Source of the DNA: Botryllus schlosseri
Taxonomy: Eukaryota
Reading direction: 5' to 3'
DNA length: 64,000 bases
Assembly (NCBI GenBank): GCA_051294905.1
Contig: CM119376.1
Span: 16,182,001-16,246,000 of the forward strand
Shown in pieces: positions 51,101 through 64,000 of this stretch. The position numbers and the translations under genes are program-made. Below the pieces are notes generated by a model. That model saw only the letters and a program-made list of their open reading frames with translations. It was not told the DNA's origin and made no database searches. Numbering within the stretch: position 1 is the stretch's first letter; the number at the start of each line of letters is the position of its first letter.

Positions 51101-51912
51101 CATCATATTTAGCTAAGATACGTTGGAAGTAGCCTATATAATACCATTCTTTAAAACGCAATTTGTCGATGTATTGAGGACGTAAATATTAACCGTGCTA
51201 CTACACCTTGACCAATGTGCTCGCCTGCCGGTTCCCAATTGAGTATATAGTATGGAACGATATGGATCTGAAATTACGGTACCACAAAATGGTACGTGTT
51301 GGACGTTGGTGCTACGATACATCGTATCTGTGTCGTAACGTACCAATTTGCTTTTTGCCGACGCTGGAACTCAGCCCTTGGAGAAGATAGCGTTATTGTA
51401 AGTCATATAATTATGGACTTAAATATCAACGAACCTCTCAAGCTCGACAATACTACCCACATTCCATTCTTTTCGTTTACGCGTCAATATGTCCGACTAT
51501 AGATCGATGAAACTATATGGTGGATCATGAATATAGAGTGACAAAGTAGCACACACAAACAGCCTAAACATTAGACTAATTCGTACCTGTAACTCAGCGA
51601 TTCGTCAGGGATGTCGTTCAGGAGACTCGCCATTTGCAATTCATATTTCTTCTGCTCCCTCCTGTCCTTCAGATAACATATTACGAATACAATAGTGGCA
51701 GGAACAACGATGATCGAGAAGAGAAGTACGAAAATCTTCAACTTTGTTTCTAACGTCAGTTGGCTCAGTATCATGCTTGGAATGTCTGGAGGCCTGTTAC
51801 CATCTTGGTTGTCATGCTCATTGAAAAGATCAGATGTAGACGGTATCACCCATTCCGATATTTGATCTTTCCTGGCCGAATATCCACTCATTACGGATAT
51901 CTCAGATATCAT
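42138..51912 (-). CDS. Predicted orphan single-pass membrane protein, ~196 aa; exons 51912-51587 and 42402-42138
   Basis: Exon 1 has an ATG with an in-frame upstream TAA, a 22-aa hydrophobic stretch (IFVLLFSIIVVPATIVFVICYL) followed by KDRREQKK, and a phase-2 donor AG|GTACGA. Exon 2 has a good acceptor (TTTTTATATTCTATTCAG|A) in matching phase 2, opening an 87-aa hydrophilic frame with RKVSF. The join is inferred. Confidence 0.55.
44256..45517. mobile_element. Old hAT element (CAGGGTTGCCA TIRs) containing a SINE
   Basis: CAGGGTTGCCAT...ATGGCAACCCTG; flanks match only 5/8; subterminal GACAAATCTGAGAAAT repeated. Confidence 0.55.
44775..45075 (+). mobile_element. 5'-truncated SINE with (TGTTA)n tail
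   Basis: Near-colinear with 57025-57166 joined to 58483-58625. Confidence 0.85.
46690..46958 (+). mobile_element. Right half of the 11439-11954 MITE family
   Basis: Colinear with 11690-11950, including ACTCGATTCAGATTCGAGTACTCGAATCATTGTGCCCAG. Confidence 0.85.
47005..47265 (+). mobile_element. Right-end fragment of the 36828-38440 hAT family
   Basis: Ends GAAGTGCTGTTACGGCCGTG; matches 39805-40070 in reverse. Confidence 0.85.
48169..48596. mobile_element. hAT (Charlie/Buster-like) MITE nested in 47805-49279
   Basis: TIR CAAGGGTCGGCAACC...GGTTGCCGACCCCTG; flanks GTTTACGC/GCTTACGC (7/8). Confidence 0.88.
48964..48991. mobile_element. 28-bp TIR-only micro-element / perfect hairpin with an 8-bp TSD
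   Basis: ATATTCAC|CAGGGATATCTAG-TT-CTAGATATCCCTG|ATATTCAC. Confidence 0.8.
49615..49760 (-). mobile_element. 3'-UTR fragment of the 17205-18774 LINE family
   Basis: TGCGATACGATGAAAAGATAGGAAGGTGT is shared with 17256-17285. Confidence 0.8.
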
Positions 51913-53329
51913 AACAGTTTATCCTATGTAATGCTGTAGTACTTCAACATATGTAAACTTATACTTATCGTAAAGTTAAGAAACATTGGATTAATTTCAT
52001 TGCCAACAGATGAATAAATTAAATAGTCCGGAATTTTTTGTCTGCCTAGTGCCCTGTATGTTTGCTGTACAACAGTAGCCTTCATATAGTCTCTGTCGTA
52101 TTTTCTATTGATTAATGCGGATTTGAGTAACAAGAAGTAGCAATAAAACGTCATTACCTTTCTAATGTATATTGGTCTCGTTCAATTCCCCCTGATTAGA
52201 ATTTCAGCACTAATCCATTTCTTAGGTGATCTATATCGAGCTTATTATGAGTCATTATAACTTTATTTTCTATACGTAACTGACTGAACCCAGCTGTACT
52301 GTACACTACAGTTCATTGCTATTGCTTGACATGGGCTTCCAATGCTTCCCAAGATACGGGTATTGATTACATGCGACGGCCGTCTATTATGAAGCAAATA
52401 ATATATATTTCGTCACCTTCATCTATATTTAACACGGCTATAGACTGTGATTGGAAATATGAGAAAGCTTCGACTGATAATGCCGGAGATACTTCATGAA
52501 AATGACCAACCAAGCTTTGTTTTTATCGAATTGTACCAGGGCTCTCTGAACAATCTTTCCTGTGTCTTTACTCATGCTCCTAGTTGGATTCAGAAATACA
52601 TATCCTTTCTGCAACACATGGCAGGATTGATAGTTGAAGTCTTAAAGGCCTGGTGTGTTATTGCTATCTGATACATTCAAACGTTCTCGTTCTCTCATGT
52701 GTCAATCATAGAGACGAATGAAACATGTTAGACTAGACCGGACACTAGCATTGTGATAAATTGCTGTAACTGTTAAATAATATTTGGCAATTCATTATAA
52801 ACTTGGTAGGTACTAGGTACATTGACTGTACGGCCACAATCCTAAATATTCTATGCTTGATGTGAAGTAAAGCAACAGTTTCTATCCGCTAGAGATCGGG
52901 AATCGCTACGATCGCATTCTGGAAAGGCAACTAATGGAGGTCGTCACCGCTCTCAAACGTCAATTCCCTATAGGACATTCCTGCTGACGAAATGTCCTCA
53001 TTTGTATTTCAAAAACGCCAATCGTCTTATAAAACCCATCAATGGTGATCACTGCCATTCTTCTCAAGCCAGGACTCATCTTTAAATTGTGTGCACTATG
53101 CATTCACTAAATCTCCCCATTATAGGACCGAGAATAAGGATATCCTATCCGAAAATGTTAACTGGCAACCACTTCATGAATTATTCGCGACTTCTGTCCT
53201 GGAACCGTGTATTCGATCACTCATATTTGGTGAATTAAGCGATGAATTTGTAGCAGCTGGTTGTAGGCCTGCAAGATTAAGCGCGTGCAACGTCGATATT
53301 CCGAGGATACTGCAACAGGATAAGGATGT

Positions 53330-53392
53330 ACGCCGTACATTGTACGGGTACCTACGGGTACCCGCCGTACATTGTACATTGTACGGGTACCT
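53330..53392. repeat. Short imperfect tandem/palindromic repeat (CGCCGTACATTGTACGGGTACCT-like unit x2)
   Basis: Seen directly. Confidence 0.7.
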
Positions 53393-54055
53393 GCAGTTAT
53401 CAGTGACACCCAAAATTGATTCCCAAAATATTTTGCATGATGGGCGAACATTGACGTGATGTCACAGATAATTGTGATTTCAACAACAGCTGTGTTTTCA
53501 CAGTCTACAAAATAAAATATTGCAGGAAATGGGCAAATGCTGCCATTTTCTTCTCTGGTTGCGCTGATGATAGCTTACTACAATTTAAAGACTATAGCAA
53601 ATACGTATACCGATGTCAGCAAATGCCAATCGTTGACTTCAGTTGGACCCCAAAAGTAATTTTGTATCATATTTGAAGTTTATACTAGGCACTTTATATG
53701 ACTACGCACAACGCAAATAGGTCATTCATTGACTGCAGCGCGGAGCCGGAGGACTTATCCAATACATCGAACGATTTAGCAACCCATTCATTATACCGAC
53801 TGAGGAAATCTACAGGGCCGGATTTTCTCTATTTGTAGCTTTGCAGTACGCTGCAATATTATTATATCGCTCAACAGTCAACACTGATTTCCTTAAGCCT
53901 CTTCGAAAAGAATCGCGTACGTGTATAATCTAATGAACAATGCGAGAAATATTCCATCCGGACATCAATGAAATAACGATTGATCCTTATGACATCGCTT
54001 GACCCATTGTGATGAAGTTACGTGTCATATGAAGAACCGGCCTTTAGACATGAGG

Positions 54056-55328
54056 CAGGCCGTGTTATTTTTGGCATATGCCAAAACTGCCAAAAGTAAC
54101 TTATTTTTGGCATTTTTCAATTTTTATTTTTGGCAGTTTTGGCATCGACCTCTAAATAGATATTTTCAGACTCGAATTAGTCATAAAAACGCTTTATTTG
54201 GGTCAGTTTATCAATAGAGACCAAAAAATGTGCAACATCCACTTATAATCAGTACCAACAAACAATAATAATAAGAAAAAACCTAGCTATTACATAGGTT
54301 AATAATATCAAACGAAACCACAAAATGTGCAGTATCCATTCGGAATCGGTGCCAATAAGCAAAAAGAATGAGAAGCCTAACAGACACGCTCAACACCTGA
54401 TTGTTACAGCTTTTGAATAGACTTAAATTGTTTGCACTGTAACAGTGCTTCCAAACTCAGGTCAGCAAAGTTTCTCCTGAATTAATTTTTCGCCCAACGA
54501 ATCTGGGAAATATCGGCTTCAACAGTAGCCGTTGAGGGATAGAATGTTGCCAGTCCTCCACAAAAGGTTTTCAGAGCTTTAAAATTTCGGAGGGCAGAAC
54601 CGCCTTCCAAGCATCATGAAAAGAGATCACTGCGCTAGTGCCATCGATCTCATCGCGAAAAGAATTTTCTTCCCGATACTTTTCCAGGAGTTCCCTGTGC
54701 TGTCTCTCAACACATTCTATTTTGTAGCGGGACCATCCAATCTCCATCAGTCTACCGATATATTTTAGGAGGACTTTTGTCACGTCGGATGGCTTTGATA
54801 TTCCCAACTCACATGGAAGAGTCCTGGGAAGGTTAGCTTGTTTAAGAACATTAACGCAACAAGACTGTCTGGCAAAACGAGACTGCAGCTCAGAAATAGC
54901 CGGACTGTTTGTTGTGTCACGATGTTCAACTCGATCACAATGCAAAAATCATGGTTGAATTTGGGGGTTCCAGATCTATGAGCAGAATACAATTTATATT
55001 TTAGTAATCAGTACAGCGGCAGCTTTCCATTGATACTCGTTTTATCAAATTTAGCGCTCGGCAAGCCGGTCAAAAATGGCCGTAAAATTGCCTTTGGACA
55101 AATGGAAAGTATGGGCTGGACCCATAGATTAAGAAACCTGCCCTTCACACACGCTCTTCTCGCTTGTAACGCGGTCCTGTTAACACAACACCACGAAATA
55201 AATACACTATAGGCAGGTCGTGTTATTTTTGGCATATGCCAAAAATTAGTTATTTTTGGCATTTTCAAATTTTTATTTTTGGCAGTTTTGGCATCTGGCT
55301 CCTGAAATGCCAAAAATAACACGGCCTG
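54056..55328 (-). mobile_element. hAT-like DNA transposon relic with transposase remnant, 9-bp TSD and an internal copy of the left TIR
   Basis: TIR CAGGCCGTGTTATTTTTGGCA...TGCCAAAAATAACACGGCCTG; GACATGAGG on both flanks; minus-strand peptide LKTFCGGLATFYPSTATVEADIS..W.KN*FRRNFADLSLEALLQCKQF (~54575-54420). Confidence 0.8.
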
Positions 55329-56273
55329 GACATGAGGTGATCGTAATCGATTAGCCTTAGACGAACACGATTGCAAATCATGATTACCACATTTTTGATG
55401 ACAGAGGCTGTACTCTAGTTATATATTTGATTTTAAAGCAGGAAGCCCAGCGCCAATCATTATTTCGAAGTTGGTCAAAATTTGACAACATTGTTAGAAA
55501 CTGTAGGCCTACGTATGAAATTGATATACCGGCGTAACCAGGAGGCTACGAATCCTTAAAAAATAAAGTGACACAAATGCTGCATAAATGTAACAGAGTG
55601 TACAACATTGTAATATGTAAGTCTCTTCTGAATCGTAGCGTCGTCTATGAATATATGGTGAGTTATTTCATGGAAGCTTTATGAATGTAATCGTGAGTTA
55701 TATCGTGATTTCATCCTTTATGTAATCGTAATCGATTGATATTCGATTTTGTTGTAATCATAATCGTATTCGATGTCAGTACACTAGAAGGACAAGTACT
55801 TACATAGGCCTGAACACGAAGGGATTCGTAGAACACAATTCGGGCCGTGAACCCACACATATTTCATATTATAATCCAGTCTATTTCAATATTATCCAAA
55901 TTTAGTACCTGGAATATGCAAATGACCCTAGCTTGATCCCGGTGCAATCAGAACAAACAATGCTTTTACCAAGCATATGACTGGAGAGCAGGGGCGTCCA
56001 ATTCTTTTGGCCGAAGGGCGGTGCGCATCAGTTTACGGGTGATTGCGCGCTCCACTGGAGTATTGATAACCCGTGTAGTCATCAGCGAGCTCTTGGAAAA
56101 ATTTCTTTGGTGGGACGCATGCGATTCCGAATTCATGTTTATTCATGAGGTAAAATATATTCATCTGCAGGTTGAATTTGTACGTCGAGGCTCACATTGC
56201 AAGGTGCCAGCCATTTCGATGCTTGGACACTGGACAGCGAACATATATGATCGAATGTTTCGGCTTGCCTGGA

Positions 56274-56590
56274 GGGCTGTTCAAAAATAACTTTTATTCC
56301 CGAATCTTGCGGGCTCCGTGATTAAATCGTTAGGTTACCTTGAAAAACGACGCACACCAAATTTGGATTCATTCCAACCAATAATCGCTGATTTCGTAGA
56401 GTTTGAAAATTTTTAGTTTACCCAAAAATGCAAAAAAAAAAATTTTCCAATTTTTTCTGTCAACCCCATGAAATTATTGCGATGTCTTCAAAGACAATGC
56501 AAAACAAATCTGACTCAATTCCAACCCGTAGAAGCTGAGTTATTTGAGTTTTTTTTTATGATAATTCTTGGATCAAGGATAATCCCCGAA
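56274..56590 (+). mobile_element. Terminal arm of the Tc1/mariner-like family
   Basis: Starts GGGCTGTTCAAAAA; matches 22203-22480 and, in reverse, 32450-32747. Confidence 0.7.
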
Positions 56591-56598
56591 TTATCAAA

Positions 56599-56882
56599 GA
56601 AATGAATACTAGCCAGTCTTCAGGATTACCGGACCACGACCTAACATCGACCTCGCCCTCCGCCACATGCCACCTCATTTTGTCGCTTGCGTCTTATATT
56701 CTCTGCATTACTTTTCATTCAGTGTGCATGCCTCTTATTTACTTCGCCTAGGCTAAGGTGGGTGTCTGGTGGGTGTCTACTCCAAGTTGTTTCGACACCT
56801 TCCAATCTTTTCATTGTATCGCATTCTTGTGATGTTTTGAAACGATGAAAATATTAATAAACCTGATCGATTGATTGATTGA
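56599..56882 (+). mobile_element. LINE 3' end (last codons NEY* + 3' UTR + (TTGA)n tail), same family as 17205-18774
   Basis: AATGAATACTAG..TTACCGGACCACGAC..TACTTTTCATTCAGTGTGCATGCCTC is colinear with the reverse complement of 17215-17488. Confidence 0.88.
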
Positions 56883-57166
56883 GTTATCTTATAGTTCATT
56901 CCATCGTTGATTCCTATTATATGCGGGGGAGAGCGTAGTGGTAACGATAAGCGCCTACTAAGCCGGTGGACCGGGTTCGATTCCCATCGGAGGTTTATCT
57001 GGGCTCCTCTTCCCCGCTGTCATTCTTACGGCGATAAAAAAAAAGCCCAGAAAAAAGACCCGAAGAAGGAAAGCACTCACAAGGAATGGAAAGAACTAGT
57101 AGAAAGGACCGCGGCTTCAAAAAAAGATCAACACCGAAAAGAACTGTGACATCGGGCACTCTAGGC

Positions 57167-58482
57167 CAGTGGTTCTCAACCTTTTTTGACACGCGCCCCC
57201 CTTGGAGATGGTCAAAAAACTCGCGCCCCCCTGACCCCCTTGCATTTATCGTCATGTCAAAAAGAGCGCATCATCTAATACAGAGGTGGGCAACGTTTTT
57301 GATAATCATGACCGCATTTCGATTGCTTATTTAGCGTAAGGCCGCATTCCAGGGCATAGCCGCAATGAACGATCTGGACGCAAAATTCCTGCGGTAAACT
57401 GTCCATATCCATTCCCGGTGAACTCCGGACTATTCTACTTTTCACAATGACTTATTGTACGCACCGAAATCGCGAGTGGCAATGTTATGAATAGTTGCTG
57501 GAGGTGCATATTGTCGCGCGGAGCGCGAAAATTTTTCAGGGCCGCAAACGAATTGCTATTTCTTGCCAATTCCCATTCCGGCTCAGATTAAGAAGGGCGC
57601 TACTGCATTAAAATCGAAAAATGAAGTCTTGTTGAATTGCGCGGAGGGCGAAGAAAATTTCAAGATTAATTAAAATCTCTCGAAAATGCGGGAGTGAATT
57701 CGTAATTGCAATTTGCATGTCTACGGCCGCCAACACATACTAATTGAATTAGGCGTTGATGGCCGCTCAAATTCCCTTCTACGGCTGCAGGCTGCCCACC
57801 CCTGATCTAATAGTATAGGCTACATAAGGTATATCTTACGCCAATTTTGAATCTGCATTCCAGTTGTTGAGTCTTTTACATTGCTGACAAATTTCTTCAA
57901 ATTTGTTTGAAAATAACAAAAAAACATTGAACAAGACATCCATTAATTAATTTCAATGTAGGTCACCCTGATGCTGGTAGTGAGTACAGAGAGCAAGGCG
58001 TCGTTCTATCCTGCCAGGCTAAATTTGATCAGTTTTCGAAATGAATTAATTGTGTTGATTTATAGCCTAATTGAGGGCGTAACCGGGCAACCTATGTTGC
58101 ATCTAAGTCTGTCTTAGGCAGTGCAGTTCGCAAGCTACTAACAAGAGCTGCCCAGCGCGACAAGCTTTAGGCTACTATCAAAGCTATGAAGCAATTAATG
58201 ACTTACACGTGGGAATTGCTCTCTATATCTCCAAAGAATTTCAAAAATTTGCTCAAATGAAGTTGAAATCAGACTATACTCAGTTGAGCGCTGTTGCTAG
58301 AGTTTGTATTTTGCAAGCTTTCTTGAGTATGGAATATAGTTAATCTTCATTAATCGTCTTCTCATAATGGATGTGAAACACATGTTCAGACACGTACAAT
58401 TTATACTGACTTTGTCAATTTCTCGCGCCCCCCCTATACTGACTTCGTCAATTTCTCGCGCCCCCCAGGTTGAGAACCCCTG
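57167..58482. mobile_element. hAT (Charlie/Buster-like) element, 1316 bp
   Basis: TIR CAGTGGTTCTCAACC...GGTTGAGAACCCCTG; perfect TSD CTCTAGGC. Confidence 0.93.
57281..57804. mobile_element. hAT MITE nested in 57167-58482
   Basis: TIR CAGAGGTGGGCAAC...GCTGCCCACCCCTG; perfect TSD ATCTAATA. Confidence 0.92.
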
Positions 58483-59332
58483 CTCTAGGCCGAGGTGGAT
58501 GTTAGAGTGAAGGATCGCTACTGACGCGTGTCGTTCGACATCCTCCTACCTGTTCGTTACATCGCATTGTGTCTTATCGCATTGTACATTGTGTGTAACT
58601 TGTTCAGATGAAAATTATAACCCCAATGATTGTTGATTGTAGTTAATTTCTAAACGATAAATTGACATGATATCCCGAACTATTTTCATGCTGTACCCGG
58701 TCATCGATTCGAGTTCAGAAAATTTCCAAGTTGCAACCACTAAGCTATAACATACACAGCACGAACTCCACGAAGTAATGTAACAATAGCAGTAACAGCA
58801 GTGCAGTTAATCATTTTCCAAGTCTGTAATGTGACTTACTATTCGGTAAAGCTCCTTGTTGTGTTATGGCTGTAGGGTAGCTAGTGACTAATCCTCGTTC
58901 TTTTATTTTAATTATTTGACATGTCATTTTCGTTTGTTTACCTATATAGTTATAGTTGCAGTTCAGTTCAAGTTACTATTAGTTTGATTAATTCGAAGCA
59001 CTACAAGATTGTTATACAATGAAAAGACATTTCGAAACGACGTCTCTCAATCAAACACATCATGGGTCTGATGGGTGGCATGTGCCGGCCTATGTGGCCT
59101 ATATAAGCCTATCTATGGAATTGTTGTCTCGTGCTCCCATAACAATAACAACCCAGGTGCCTTTCTTACTGCACCCATAGAATCATCGCTGCTCTCCCCA
59201 ACTAATTGCGAAAAGGTACCGTAACGAGATTCAGTCGAGAGGTGCTGATATAGCAGGCGAAAACGTGAAATATGTCAGATAATTGGGGTCAAGTGTAGAA
59301 TCCGGCCAGTGTTCCCCATGACCACCACCGAT

Positions 59333-59370
59333 CAGTGTTGCACCTGAAACTTCAGTGTTGCACCTGAAAC
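59333..59370. repeat. 20-bp period tandem duplication
   Basis: CAGTGTTGCACCTGAAAC occurs twice, separated by TT. Confidence 0.9.
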
Positions 59371-59747
59371 TGTCGGAATTCATAGTGCTTCACGTAGTTA
59401 CCGACTATGCTCCCCACTAAACCCTATAAATACTGTCAAGGTTCCATATTATATCTTATCATATTATTGTATCTTGAATTCACAGATACACATGCCGGTG
59501 ACGAGCAAGATTACATTTTACATCGCTCGCTCGCATGCCAAATGAACGGCTTGTACAAGAAATCGAAGGAAAGGGGAAAGGAAGCGACTTACTCCAATCT
59601 CTTCACCACATTATCTATTGTGTATCGCATTTTTATCGAAAATTTAAAAAATAAAACGCATGACGCCTATACTATCAAGTGTATCTAGTGTACTTTGCGG
59701 CCACTAAACTCATGTACGGACACTTGCAAGATGTGGGGAGATGGTGA

Positions 59748-59800
59748 AGGTTTATCTGGGCTCCTCTTCACCCGCGCCGTTGCCCAGAAAAGACCCGATA
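59748..59800 (+). mobile_element. Isolated SINE core fragment
   Basis: AGGTTTATCTGGGCTCCTC..GCCCAGAAAAGACCCGA, as in 56990-57062. Confidence 0.7.
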
Positions 59801-60266
59801 ATTGTCCTTTGATCTCATAGCCTAGGTTAGTATCCAATCAATATAGAATCTGCTTGTATGTTGTCTTAAAGGTGGACATACTGTTGACCCAGTTCAGGTT
59901 ACTGTTAAAATGTAGTTCTATAGTCTTATACCTACTATTATGACCTAAGCTAGAGCCAGACTAACCATTAGCAGTAGGCAGATGTGAAAAAATTGAACCA
60001 GTTCAACGTTTAGTTAGTGGTGGAACTGAGATAAGGGTAAGGCAGACTTATTGAAAGATATCGTGGTAGGACTACTATTTCGTTCACTGTTAGCTTGTGT
60101 ACCCATGTTCCAATGTGACATGTGTATTGAACTTATGTTACTTATCGCATTGGCAGTTGACGCCTCTTGGGTTAAACTCCGTTAGATCTTATAATTGATA
60201 TACATCTTGACGTGTTTTAATTTAATCATTGTAGTATCATTTAAACTCGTATTCAACCATGTCAAT

Positions 60267-64000
<3,734 letters not shown>

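Larger units (their letters stand above)
56925..58625 (+). mobile_element. Full-length tRNA-derived SINE split by a hAT insertion (SINE parts 56925-57166 and 58483-58625)
   Basis: A-box-like AGCGTAGTGG, B box GGTTCGATTCC (56974-56984), core 56987-57009; uninterrupted sibling at 44775-45075. Confidence 0.88.

Overview
Eukaryotic animal genomic DNA, not prokaryotic: AT-rich, GT-AG introns with many of only ~55-70 nt. It is most likely an ascidian tunicate (inference from intron size, splice acceptors just upstream of every ATG, and the TE repertoire). Six recognisable genes were reconstructed by hand with consistent exon phases: ARID4 (-, 14 exons, runs off the window start), RAB5IF/C20orf24 (+, single exon), PRADC1 (+, single exon), CCDC175 (-, one 2.4-kb ORF), eIF2-alpha/EIF2S1 (+, 7 exons, 314 aa) and BTBD10/KCTD20 (+, 10 exons, runs off the window end). 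A seventh, orphan gene is proposed: a two-exon single-pass membrane protein with a cytoplasmic RVxF (PP1-docking-like) motif (-, 51912..51587 joined to 42402..42138). Region 17-19 kb and most of 25-59 kb is a stack of transposon relics: many hAT MITEs with readable TIRs and 8-bp TSDs (several nested), Tc1/mariner-like MITEs, a CR1/L2-group LINE, modular tRNA-derived SINEs and a Penelope-like element. Best second-look items: a 28-bp hAT-like micro-element made only of two TIRs with a perfect TSD, a SINE whose tail matches the co-resident LINE 3' UTR, a hAT-like element with a 9-bp TSD, the orphan membrane protein, and three adjacent intron-free genes. No CRISPR array, rRNA or bona fide tRNA gene was seen. 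Family assignments come from recalled sequence motifs; no database search was run.
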